Shown here: piece after piece, positions 31,711-46,613 of the stretch | How positions within the stretch are numbered: position 1 is the stretch's first letter | Layout: each line of letters opens with the position of its first letter | Origin: the human T2T-CHM13v2.0 reference genome, Homo sapiens | Assembly (NCBI RefSeq): GCF_009914755.1 | Contig: NC_060948.1 | Reading direction: 5' to 3' (one strand) | DNA length: 64,000 nt | The notes under the pieces: model-generated | Databases searched by the model: none | What the model saw: only the letters and a program-made list of their open reading frames with translations | Told to the model about the DNA's origin: nothing | Program-made: the position numbers and the translations under genes

Positions 31711-32029
31711 TTTTAAAAATCACATAAATAAACTTATTTTCCACTCACCTGCTACTACCTTTTCATTGCTCACCTAGAAGGCTGCCAGTGCCTGCAAACA
31801 CATCTTTGAATGCATCGTTTTGCTACCAAGAGCCCCCCATGAATGGGCAGGCATGTGCCTGTTCATCCACAGCCCTTCCTCATGGGAAGGAAGCCCCAGT
31901 GCAGAGGAACCACAGTCACCTGCATGGCGACTGTGGGGAATTCACTTTTCACTGTCTATACTGCCTGGGCTTTAAGAAACTCTGTGAGTGTATCACTATT
32001 TTAAAAAATAGTTATAATTTTACATTTTA

Positions 32030-32745
32030 AAAAGGAGACAGAGAAAGGAAGGATGGGAGAGAGGGAGGGAGGGTGGGAGGAGGAAGGAAGGGAAAAGGAA
32101 GAGAAGAAAGAAAAGAAGGAAACAATGAAAGGACAGAGGAAAACAGGGAGGGAGGGAGGAAAAAGGATGGAAACAAGGAGGGAAGAAAAGGAAGAAGAGA
32201 GGGAACGATGGAGGGAAGGAAGGAAGAAGAAAGGAGAGGAGATAAGAAAAGACTGAGGGGAGGAAGGAAGAAGGAGAGGAATGAAGGAGGAAGGGAAGAA
32301 AGGAGGGGGGAAGGAAAGAAAGAAAAATGGGAGAAGAAAGGAAGAAAGAAAAAGAATAAGGGAAGGACGGAGGGAAGGAAGGAGAGAGGGAGAGGAGAAA
32401 GGTTGGAGGGGAGGAAGGAAGAAAGGAGGGTGGGGAGGAAGGAAAGAAGAAGGGGGAAAAGGAGAGAGGGAAGGAAGGAAGGAAGGAGAGAAGGAAGGAA
32501 GGAGAGAAGGAAGGAAGGAGAGAAGGAAGGAAGGAGAGAAGGAAGGAAGGAGAGAAGGAAGGAAGGAGAGAAGGAAGGAAGGAGAGAAGGAAGGAAGGAG
32601 AGAAGGAAGGAAGGAGAGAAGGAAGGAAGGAGCGAAGGAAGGAAGGAGAGAAGGAAGGAAGGAGAGAAGGAAGGAAGGAGAGAAGGAAGGAAGGAAGAAG
32701 GGAGGGCAGGAAGGGAGAGGGAGGTGGCAGGAAGGAGAAAAGGTG
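32030..32745 (+). repeat. ~700-bp polypurine tract with a 16-bp GGAGAGAAGGAAGGAA array (~32485-32695)
   Basis: Nearly pure G/A; explains the long E/G/R/K and P/S/F/L ORFs in the ORF track. Confidence 0.97.
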
Positions 32746-33558
32746 ATGAGAAACCTTCTATTAAAATACAGGACATGCGAAACCATATGCCCCGTTTGGA
32801 GGTTCAAGCTCTCCTTCTTGCAGTCTCTGCATCCCCAGTGAATGTCCGCACCACACACAAACCCGTGTTCCAGCCGCCTCCTACCAAGGCAATGCTAGGC
32901 TGTTATGTAAACCATGCTTTCAAATACGGTGTTTCCTCTGTTTGGAAGAAGTCTGGCCATTGCACAGCCCTGAAGCTCCAATTTTCCCAGCCATGGCCGA
33001 CTCCACCTCCTTTGAGCCATCTTCCTCAAACCTCCTCCTGCCCTCGTCTGCCCATCCACACTGCACACCCAGGTTCACTAAGCAGGGCAGTCACAGGCTG
33101 CACCCTGAGCACTCCTGACCTGATATCCACATCCATGCAATACATATTTGCTGAATGAATAAATGAATGAATGAAAGAAAGTGAGATAAGCCATCATTCT
33201 GGAAGCTGCAAGTCTTTCTCCTTCTTTTCTTTTGCCTCCCCCTGCCTCACCCTCCACCGTCCAGCCCTGTGGTGGCTCTACGGGCAGGTGGCTCACTTAC
33301 TTGTCTTGGATGTTCTCAGCTACTTTGGCCATCCTGTGGGCATCCTCACAGCCTCAAGGGTGGATTGTTTTTGAATGGATTTTAAGGGTGTTTTCTTGTC
33401 TTTTTTCTCAATTCAACATGGAATTTGTGTCTATATCATTTACTTTGTATGGCTTTGTCACTCCCTTTTCACCTTTCATCAGGGCGTTCATGGCCTTTCT
33501 TCATGCTTCCAATGAATCTTCAATGCATATTGCATTTATTTTCTCTCTTTGTTCACAG

Positions 33559-33582
33559 AACCCACCAAGAAGCCAAACTCAG
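33559..33582 (+). CDS. XG: XG exon 3 ((E)PTKKPNS), the last XG exon present on the Y (truncated copy, also annotated XGY2/XGPY2)
   Basis: ttcacag|aacccaccaagaagccaaactcag|gtgagt; 24 nt, in frame. I see no downstream DIYPKPKPP-coding exon 4 in the window. Confidence 0.95.
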
Positions 33583-34488
33583 GTGAGTGTCTCTTCAGCT
33601 GGGAAAAACTGAGGCAACGTCCTTGAACTGATGCTTACGGAGGGGATGGTTGAGGATGTTTTACAGAACTGTGGGGTATATGAAAGAGATGCAACAACTG
33701 TACCAGATAGCAGATATTGAAAGCAAAATGTGGTGATTAGGGAAATGCAAATCACAACCACAGTGAAGCACCACTTCGTCCCCACTGAGATGGCTAAAAT
33801 CTAAAATGGAAAATAACAAGTGTTGGCAAGGATGTGATGAAACTGGAATGTTTGTACAGTGCTGGTGGGAGTCTAAAATGGTACAGCCACTGTGAACAAA
33901 TGCTTTGGTGGATCCTCCAAAAGTTAAATACAGGATTACTCTATGAACCAGCAATTCCACTCCTAGGTATGTACTCAAAATAATTGAAAACACGGGTTCC
34001 AAGAAAAATGTGTACACAAATGTTCAGAGCAGCACTATTCATTATAGCTAAAAGATAGAAATAACTCACATGTTAATCAGTGGAAGGAATGGATAAACAA
34101 AATGTGGTCCATTCACACAATGGAATATTATTTAGCCTTGAAGAGGAATGAAGCACTGAAAATTGCTACAAAGTGGTTGAGCCTCAAAAACATTTTGCAA
34201 AGAGAAAGAAGCCAGACACAAATGATCACATAATGTATATTTTTATGAAGATGAAATTTCAAGAATAGGTGAATCCCTAGAACCAGAAGCAATGTCGTGA
34301 CTGCCAGGGGCTGGAGGGGAAAGAGAGAGTGACTGCTTGATAAATTCCAGGTTTCTTTTTGGGGGAACGAAAGCATTCTGGAAGTACACAGAGGTGATGG
34401 CTGCACAACACTGTGAATATTCTAAGTGCCCCTGAATTATTCACTTTTAAATGGTTAATTATATGTAAATTTGACTTCAATTTATTTA

Positions 34489-35757
<1,269 letters not shown>

Positions 35758-36328
35758 TCAGGAAGTCAATGGACGGGTGTTTATAGGTTGTTCAGGAAAT
35801 GTTCACTATCAAGCAAGAATTGAAAATGCAGCTAAATTGCTGTTGGAGAGTGATGATAGCATAAAGATTTCCAACAAGAAGCTCTGCAAATTTTGCTGAA
35901 AAATCTTCCAAATGATGCTCTGCCATAAGAAGAAATTCACACCCTGAATAGCACAGCAGGATGCGAATAGCAATGCCAGCCAAAGACATTGCAAACAAGC
36001 CGGTAAAACTAAGTGATTGTTAGCTGTTTAAAAAAATAATAATAACTGGTGTTAACAACAAAGTGAAACTTAACTTCTGAAGATGAGGCTACCTTCACAG
36101 AGAGGATAAGAAAGGAAGAACTGAGTAAAAGTAGTTAGATATTGCTGGATTTTGACATTTTAAGGTTAAGTGTTCCTGCTAAAAATAAAAATTGAACATA
36201 TAACTCCTGAACTAGTGGATGAAAATGAAGAATGAAGAATAAAATTAAATACAAAAAAAATGAAGAGTAAAATTAAATACCAAAATTAGCCAAGTGTTGT
36301 GGTGAATGCCTGTAGTCCCAGCTACTCA

Positions 36329-36547
<219 letters not shown>

Positions 36548-38350
36548 TTATGTTAGATGTTCAGTGATTTAATAAATCTGTAAAAAGACGGAGATGAGAT
36601 GATGCAATTTAAAATGTTTCGGCTGGGCGCAGTGGCTCACGCCTGTAATCCCAGCACTGTAGGAAGCCGAGGCGGGTGGATCACGAGGTCAGGAGATCGA
36701 GACCATCCTGGCTAACACGGTGAAACCCCATCTCTACTAAAAATACAAATAAAATGTTTCATGCTATTTACGAGAGAAGCATTTGCAACAAAATGCCAAA
36801 GAGAAGGTGAAAATAGCTGGAAAAAAAATGCGCAAAGCAAATAACCAATAGAAAGAAAGCCAAGTTGGGCTAGCAAAATCAGACAAAATAACCTTCGAGG
36901 TGCAAACAACTTTGAGGCCCAAATAGAGGTTCTTCCCACTAAAAGAATGATTCCCTGAATGATAATGGAATCTTGACCCAGCCTGCACCTCAGGTTAAGT
37001 TAAAAGTGGAAATTTAAAGATCTAAGTGTGAGATTTTAAAAAGCATTTCCCCAGAAATACCAGGATCTGTAGATGGAAATGTTATTAAGAATAAAGATGT
37101 GGAGCTGGGCGTGGTGGCTCACGCCTGTAATCCCAGAACTTTGGGAGGCTGAGACTGGCTGATTTCTTGAGCCCAGGAGTTTGAGACTAGCCTGGACAAC
37201 ATAGTGAGACCCCATCTTTACAAAAAAATTAAAAAAAATTAGTGGACATGGTGGCATGCACCTCTAGTCCCAGTTACTCAGGAGGCTGAGGTGGGAGGAT
37301 CACCTGTGCCCAGGCTGAGGCTGCAGTGAGCCATGATCACGCCACTGCACTCCAGCCTGCGTGACAGAGCAAGACCCTGTCTCAAAAGAAAAGAAAAAAA
37401 AAGAAGAAAGAAATGAAAACCGTAGCTCAGAGACAGAGAAACTGAGCAATGCATAGGTTCAGAAGGGTTTGAAACAGACTGAATTGTGTCTTGGCATATG
37501 AGAGAGGTCGCAGCTATAAAACAATGAGAGAAGAAACCAAATTCCACATAGGCAGGACTGAGACAATTGGCTGTTCTTGTGGATGATACGTGATCAAATC
37601 TCAACCTCATGCGATACTTTTTTTTTTTTTTTTGAGATGGAGTCTCGCTCTGTCACCCAGGCTGCAGTGCAGTGGTGTGATCTCACCTCCCCGCAAACTT
37701 CTCCTCCCGGGTTCAAGTAATTCTCGTGCCTCAGCTGGGACTACAGGCATGTGCCACCACGCCTGGCTAATTTTTGCATTTTTTTAGTAGAGACGGGGTT
37801 TCACCAAGTTGGCCAGGCTGGTCTCGAACTCCTGACCTCAGGTGATCTGTCCACCTCGGTGTCCCAAAGTGCTGGGATTACAGGTGTGAACCACCACACC
37901 CAGCCTCATGTAATACTTAAAAATGAACTACAGGTGGATTACAAACCTGAATATAAAAGAAAACTTTTTTTTTTGAAAAATAGAGGGAAATGTCTTATAA
38001 CCTCAGAGTTAGGAGGTTTTTCTTAGATACAATACAAAAAGCATAACCACGCCCATAGTCCCAGCTACTCAGGAGGCTGAGGCATAAGAATCACTTGAGC
38101 TCGAGAGGTGGAGGTTGCAGTGAGCCGAGATCCTGCCATTGCACTCCAGCTGAGGCTACAGAGTGAGAGTATAAAAAAAAAAAAAAAAAAGCATAACCTT
38201 TAAAAATGGGTTAGCCTATGTCTACATTTAAATAATAATAATAATAATAATGTTCCAACTTCAGGCTCTGAAAAAAGTCAAAAGATGAGCTGTCAACTAG
38301 AAGAGGCTCCTTACTGCTCATACCACCAGGGAAAGTTTAATATGCAAAAT

Positions 38351-38990
<640 letters not shown>

Positions 38991-39579
38991 TATAGATAGC
39001 TCCTACCAAAACAGACGGATGGTGAAAAAAAGAAAAGAAAAGAAAAGAAAAAGAAAATGGAGGAGAGAGACTATGAGGCGACTAAAAGAAGAGGGATATG
39101 ATCATTCCATTCGCTGACAAGAAAAATTCAAAGAAGAGGGAATTATGCAATTGACCAGCTGATGTGTGTTAGAAATGCTCAGGGTCACACATATTCATTG
39201 AAAGCCAATTTAAGCCACTATTTAAATTTAAACCGATTTAAACAATTGGGCTTTTTTTTTTTTTTTCTAAAAAAAAAAAAAAGTCAATTAGGCCAGGCGA
39301 GGTGGCTCACACCTGTCATCCCGGCACTTTGGGAGGCCGAGGTGGGTGGATCACAAGGTCAGGAGTTTGAGACCAGCCTGGCCAACATGGTGAAACCCTG
39401 TTTCTACTAAAAATACAAAAGTTAGCTGGGCATGGTGGTGTGTGCCTGAGGCTGTGAGACTGAGGCAGGAGAATCACTTGAACCCAGGAGGCGGAGGTTG
39501 CAGGGAGCGGAGATCATGCCACTGCACTCCAGCTTGGGCGACAGACCAAGACTCTGTCTCAAAAAAAAAAAAAGAAGTA

Positions 39580-39863
39580 TATTGGTTCCGTCTGGAAAGG
39601 TGGAGCACTTGAAGCAAAGGCAGGAAGACTGGAAGCAGGGAGAGGGTTTTCAGGTCACAAACAGGTGAGAGACAAAACAGTTGCCTTCTTTTGAGTTTCT
39701 GATTAGCCTTTCCAAAGGAGGCAATCAGATACGAATCTGCCTCAGGGAGCAGAAGGGGGACTTTGAATAGAATGGGAGGCAGGTTGGCCCTAAGCAGTTC
39801 CCAGCTGGACTTTTCCCTTTAGCTTAGTGACTTGGGGGTCCCGAGATTTATGTTCCCTTCACA
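39580..39863 (-). mobile_element. MER4-type LTR fragment
   Basis: ttgagtttctgattagcctttccaaaggaggcaatcagata...gggaggcaggttggccctaagcagttcccagc...ttcaca. Confidence 0.7.
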
Positions 39864-39901
39864 GTGTATGAGTGAGAGCACTTGGAAACTGAGAGTGGAA
39901 G

Positions 39902-40861
<960 letters not shown>

Positions 40862-41822
40862 AGGGGACTTGGGAACACTCCTTACACTTCAAAGAGAAGG
40901 CTCAAGGCCATTAAGAAAGACCTGTTGGGGTGCCATCCTTCCATCTGGCTTAGTTAGTTCTTAAAAAGATTTACATATACCTCAAAAAACAGAGGGGAAA
41001 ATACTAGTTTTCTAAAGGTAGTACTCTAATGAAAAGTAGGAGGAAGGATTACTTTCTTACCTGACAACAAGGAAAACTCAAATTACATAGATTTTAGACT
41101 TACAAAAATTTTCTGGACAGATATGAAGAACATTATTAAACTAACAAACAGCAATCCAGAACTTTTTTTGTTGTTGTTTTTGCTAAACGTATTTGTAGTT
41201 CTGTTAATTTCCTTACTGTAATCTACCAACTTTATGTGATCTCTGTCTAAAAAGCAGAACTTTCTGGTCATTTCTAAAGAGCATAGAGATTTTAAGGAAC
41301 ATCAGCAATATTCAAATTTAAGAAAACTGATTATAACTTAGAAATTCTGAGGAAGAAGAGTAATGAGGGGTAACTTGTTCTAGCAGAAAATCAAGTATAT
41401 TTTTATAACCACTTTAATTATTTTAACTACATACCTTCATTCTGTGGTTAAAATTTAAGACACTAACAGTTCCAAATTTTGGTGAGCATGTATAGCAACG
41501 GAAAGCTCAGACATTGCTGTGGCAGTGTGAAATAGCACAAAAACCCTGGAAAATTCTTGGAAAGGTACACACAAAATTAACTGAGCTGAAAATTTCACTC
41601 CTAGATGTTGGCCCAGGTACATTAAAAACAGATGTCCACTTAGAGACTTGAGCTCAACTGTTGATAGCAGCTTTATTAATAAAAGCCTCAAGCTCAAAAT
41701 AGCCCAGTGTTCACCACCAACAGTGTACATAAACTGTGGTAAATTCATGCAAATTTCAACCTGAATGAAAGAAGCCAGATGCCCTTCAGAATACAGCTCC
41801 GTTGATATAAAGCCTTGAACTC

Positions 41823-42667
41823 AGCCGGGCGTGGTGGCTCACGCCTGTCATCCCAGCACTTTGAGAGGTCGAGGTGGGCAGATCACGAGGTCAGGAGATC
41901 GAGACCATCCTGGCTAACACGGTGAAACCCTGGCTGTACTAAAAATACAAAAAATTATCCAGGCGTGGTGGCGGGCGCCTGTAGTCCCAGCTACTAGGGA
42001 GGCTGAGGCAGGAGAATGGCGTGAACCGGGAGGCGGAGCTTGTGGTGAGCCTAGATTGGGCCACTGTACTCCATCCTGAGTGACAGAGCAAGACTCTGTC
42101 TCAAAAAAAAAAAAAAAAGATCTCTCAATTGCATGATAGAAATCATGCAATTGACAGAGGAATTGCAAAAGGGCACAGGAAATTTTAAGGGTTGAAGGAA
42201 TGATGTAAATAGCTTGTAACCTAGTTGGGGTGATAGTTACTCAGGCATATGCATTTGCCAAAGTTCATGCATCTATAAATAAAAGATCTGTGCACAATAT
42301 CTCATGAAGATTTTTACTCTTGACATTATTACATAGTCCAATATGAAATAAAATATTAATTAAATTTCTTGAAATACTAGAACTCTGATAACTACCTTTT
42401 GTTTCTACACCTTGTAGAAACAAATCTTTGTGGAACAGATTTGGAACAAATATGGAAAATTAATGTATTTCACATCAGTAAAATCGTGACATTGGGAAAA
42501 ACATTACCCACTTCAATGCCTAATGAAATAATGTCTAATCAATCATGAATATCTACATTACTCTTCACTAAGATATTTTTTAGATGGAGCAATTACTTTC
42601 AGGTTAATAATAGCAAATATTTAGTTAATTCTTCACTAATGCTGATGTCTGTTCTAAGTATTTCTTT

Positions 42668-42699
<32 letters not shown>

Positions 42700-42984
42700 T
42701 TGTTGAGATGGAGTCTTGCTCTGTCGCCCAGGCTGGAGTGCAGTGGCGCCATCTTGGCTCACTGCAAGCTCCATCTACTGGATTCAAGCCCTCTCCTGCC
42801 TCAGCCTCCCAAGTAGCTGGGACTACAGGCGCCCGCCACCAAGCCTGGCTAATTTTTTGTATTTTTAGTAGAGACGGGGTTTCACCATGTTAGCTAGGAT
42901 GATCTCAATCTCCTGACCTCGTGATCCACCCACCTTGGCCTCCCAAAGTGCTGGGATTACAGGCGTGAGCCACTGCTCCCAGCC
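41823..42984. mobile_element. Inverted pair of young Alus: 41823-42118 (+) and 42662-42984 (-)
   Basis: AluY-type diagnostic sequence; second copy has TSD ctgttctaagtatttctt. Confidence 0.92.
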
Positions 42985-43588
42985 TGTTCTAAGTATTTCT
43001 TATATACACTCACTTATTTAATGCTTGTGTACCTTAATTCATGTAGCCTTCACATCTCTTCATGGGTTGGTTTTATTAGTAAATAGCATTTCAACTAACA
43101 AAATTATTACAGAATTGAAAAAACTGAGACTCAGACAGCGAAGTAAATTGTTCAAGCTCAAGCCTGTAAGTGGCACTCAAGTGAGCCAAAGCTGAAGGGT
43201 TTACCTTCCAGAGCCTGTGTTCTTTATTCAGTACCAAGCTCCCTCTTAATGTATTTTAAGTGTTGGCATTTTAAAATATAGCAAACATCCATTGGCAGCC
43301 AAAGCACACTTGATACTTATAGTTAGAATTTGTTTGTTTATTGATGTTTGTTTAAACATCACAAAAATACAAAAATGCTTCATTTCAGTAATTCCTAAGT
43401 AAACCATACATAAAGTATCAATTCCTCTCCTGGGAGTGTGCTTCACAGAAATTCTTATAAATGTTCTCCATTGTACATGTATAAGAATGTATAAAAAAGC
43501 ACTGTTTGTAATAATTGAAACCAGTAAGTGTCCATTCATTTGTCCAACAAAAATAGAATGAAATACGCACAACAATTTTTTCTTAAAA

Positions 43589-43693
43589 ATTCTAGTTTGG
43601 GCAGCATATACACTAAAATTAGAATGGTATGGAGAAGAATAACACTGTCCCTGGGCCAGGAGGGTATTCAAATGTGAAGTCTTTCATATTTTT
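43589..43693 (+). pseudogene. U6 snRNA retropseudogene, joined directly to an L1M 3' fragment (43694-~43970)
   Basis: ggcagcatatacactaaaattagaatggtatggagaagaataacactgtccctgggccaggagggtattcaaatgtgaagtctttcatattttt aligns over full length with U6 but is heavily mutated, including the ACAGAGA box. Confidence 0.9.
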
Positions 43694-44050
43694 GGGAGTA
43701 GAATTGTGGCTACCCTCTAGTAGGGTCAGGTGAAGAGATGAGTATTGTTATTCAAAAATTATAATATTTCATCTAGATAGAAGCAATTAGTTCAGATCTA
43801 TTGTAAAGCATGTTGAATATAGGTAATAAGAATGTATTGTATGCTTGAAAATTGCTAAGAGAATACAATTTAAATGTTCCCAGTGCAAAAGGAAAGGGAA
43901 GTATATGAGGTAGTAGATACATTAGCTTGATTTAGTCTTTCCAAAATGTATACATGCATGATGTCATAATTTTTAATAATCTGAAAACCACCAAAATGTA
44001 TTAAGCAAAAGAAGCTCCACATAATATTTTGTATTTATATTTATTCACAT

Positions 44051-44516
44051 TGTTAAGGAAAAATGGTATTCAGTGATACTTGTTCAAACTTGATAAGGAA
44101 GACTATTCACGACCAACAGCACAGCAATGAGGTCTTGCACTGGGGGAGAGATTGGCCTTAGCTCCACATACACAGCTGGGTAGGTGGGGATTTATAGCCA
44201 AGGAGCAGGGAGTAGGGTCAATGGATGGACAATCACTAAGAGAAGACATCATAGATAAGGAGGATTCTTGCTGAAGACAGGCTAGGCTGATCAGACATCA
44301 CCTAGAGGGTGGTGGAGGATGAGAAACCTGATCAGATATTGAGGGTGATCGATCAAGTGTTGAGTGTGATCAGATATGCGGTGGGGGTACAGTCTGGCTA
44401 ACCTGGCTTAGGAGAGTTCTTTGCCAAAACTGAGTTTGGCAAGGAAGTGCACAGGCGAGTCTAGGAGAAGGTTCAGAAACCTGACTAAAGTTTGGTCAAA
44501 CAGAGAATCTGTGTCA
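44051..44516 (-). mobile_element. MER31-like ERV1 solo LTR
   Basis: TG...CA termini; reverse complement starts TGACACAGATTCTCTGTTTGACCAAACTTTAGTCAGG. Confidence 0.7.
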
Positions 44517-45710
44517 GAGGTTCAAGAAAAGGAAAATTAATGTATGGTAATGAAGGTCAGAATGGGTGTTATTTTTGGGAGAGTGAAAAGAGTGGTTTTA
44601 AATATTACAAAGTAGTTTTGAGTCAGTGTTTAAAAGGTAATGGGCAATATACAGTTCTCATTTGGCATAAAGCTCAGATTAAGTAATATTGTCTCTGGAA
44701 TAAAGCTTTTTTTAAACCCTGAACTTTGAGAAACATGACATCCATCTCTAATATACACTCTTTTAGTGTTTGAGTTTTATTATTTAAGGTAATGTCTCTG
44801 AAAAGTTTTGAAATATTGGAAAGCTGACTTTGATACATACCATTAATTTTGACTTTTGATTTATTTTTATTGTAGAAAAATTTATTTGTAATTTATACTT
44901 TAAACTGTGGTTTACAGTTATTTGTAAACTTCTAGTTTCCTGCTTTAGCTTATGTGCAAATTTTATGAAGTCTTGGCATTACATTTTTATTTAAATCCCA
45001 TCAAATTAAACCAGTTGGGTCACCAGCCCCCGCCCTTCCATCTCCATAATCTGGGTAGTCGGCGTTCTCAACATTCCTGTTGAGAATGAAAATTCTGTAT
45101 TTTTCATTCCACAGGCTTAAAAGTTAATAGGCCATGGAAACAAGTAGATTGCCATTTTAAAAGATAGTTTTCAGAAGAAAGGCAAAATGATAAGTTTCAT
45201 AGAGATACAAAAATGACAAGGAATTAAATATTTTGTTTTACCAGAGGCATTTTATAACTAGTTGAAAGGAAATGTCAACCGTTTGGATTTATATGGAGTA
45301 AAGGAACTGAATTGCAAGTGGAGGTAAAACTGGTTTTTTCCACAGCGTGAAGGGGAGAGAAAGAAACAAGTTTGATCCTGCTTACATATCCATTCCTTAG
45401 TTACCTGCAATTTATAGACACGTACAAAGTAGCTGAAAGACCAATGAATACACGGTCTAGAGAGGACTGCTTAACACGCTGCATATAGAAGTGTGATTTT
45501 TTTTGGTACAATTTTCAAGTGTGTTTCTCATTAGAGCATTTAAAGTAAGCCACAGTGTCCGTTTGTATCAAGTTAGTACTCTGACGGCCACAAACATAGG
45601 CAGGCTCACTTCTGGATGTCTTATTTCTTTGCATGTTAATCGTGTTGACACAACTTGTCTTGAAATTAAGTTTAAAATGAAATACCAGTAAAACTGAAAT
45701 GAATAAGGCC

Positions 45711-45716
45711 TTTATT
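45711..45716 (-). terminator. SRY: SRY poly(A) signal AATAAA
   Basis: tttatt on the + strand, ~113 nt past the SRY stop, with T-rich sequence downstream on the - strand. Confidence 0.85.
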
Positions 45717-45828
45717 AGCCAGAGAAAAGAAAACAATATTGAAACTAAACATAAGAAAGTGAGGGCTGTAAGTTATCGTAAAAAGGAGCATCTAGGTAGG
45801 TCTTTGTAGCCAATGTTACCCGATTGTC

Positions 45829-46443
45829 CTACAGCTTTGTCCAGTGGCTGTAGCGGTCCCGTTGCTGCGGTGAGCTGGCTGCGTTGATGGGCGGTAAGTG
45901 GCCTAGCTGGTGCTCCATTCTTGAGTGTGTGGCTTTCGTACAGTCATCCCTGTACAACCTGTTGTCCAGTTGCACTTCGCTGCAGAGTACCGAAGCGGGA
46001 TCTGCGGGAAGCAAACTGCAATTCTTCGGCAGCATCTTCGCCTTCCGACGAGGTCGATACTTATAATTCGGGTATTTCTCTCTGTGCATGGCCTGTAATT
46101 TCTGTGCCTCCTGGAAGAATGGCCATTTTTCGGCTTCAGTAAGCATTTTCCACTGGTATCCCAGCTGCTTGCTGATCTCTGAGTTTCGCATTCTGGGATT
46201 CTCTAGAGCCATCTTGCGCCTCTGATCGCGAGACCACACGATGAATGCGTTCATGGGTCGCTTCACTCTATCCTGGACGTTGCCTTTACTGTTTTCTCCC
46301 GTTTCACACTGATACTTAGAGTTACAGCTTTCAGTGCAAAGGAAGGAAGAGCTTCTCCGGAGAGCGGGAATATTCTCTTGCACAGCTGGACTGTAATCAT
46401 CGCTGTTGAATACGCTTAACATAGCAGAAGCATATGATTGCAT
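45829..46443 (-). CDS. SRY: Sex-determining region Y protein, 204 aa, single exon; HMG box at ~46033-46272
   Basis: [16 protein letters not shown]...[79 protein letters not shown]...SHWTKL. ATG at 46443-46441; the ORF track starts 4 codons early at a TTG. No disruption seen. Confidence 0.99.
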   Translation of the reverse strand: MQSYASAMLSVFNSDDYSPAVQENIPALRRSSSFLCTESCNSKYQCETGENSKGNVQDRVKRPMNAFIVWSRDQRRKMALENPRMRNSEISKQLGYQWKMLTEAEKWPFFQEAQKLQAMHREKYPNYKYRPRRKAKMLPKNCSLLPADPASVLCSEVQLDNRLYRDDCTKATHSRMEHQLGHLPPINAASSPQQRDRYSHWTKL

Positions 46444-46530
46444 TGTCAAAAACAAGGAGAGTGCGACAAAATTGAAAGGTGCCAGAGTTCGAAACTTATT
46501 TTACTATCCAAAACTCACTTCTACCAGATT

Positions 46531-46613
46531 CTTTGTTACGTTAACTTTTGTAATGAAACTTGCATTTCTCCGCCCTCAACACCCCCTCAACCCCGCCCAA
46601 CCAGCCTACCCCC
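46531..46613 (-). promoter_or_regulatory. SRY: SRY TATA-less proximal promoter with two Sp1 GC boxes and an HMG/SOX-type AACAAAG site
   Basis: GGGCGG on the - strand at 46570-46575 and 46593-46598; AACAAAG at 46531-46537; consistent with the described Sp1/WT1 region. Confidence 0.8.

Noticed and set aside
32001-33158. Long ORFs of 186-361 aa on both strands
   Set aside because: Products of the stop-free polypurine repeat; composition is low-complexity E/G/R/K or P/S/F/L.
43589-43693. Functional U6 snRNA gene
   Set aside because: ACAGAGA box and other conserved positions are mutated, and the copy is embedded in L1 sequence.
46444-46455. N-terminally extended 208-aa SRY
   Set aside because: The ORF track opened at a TTG; the established start is the ATG at 46443.
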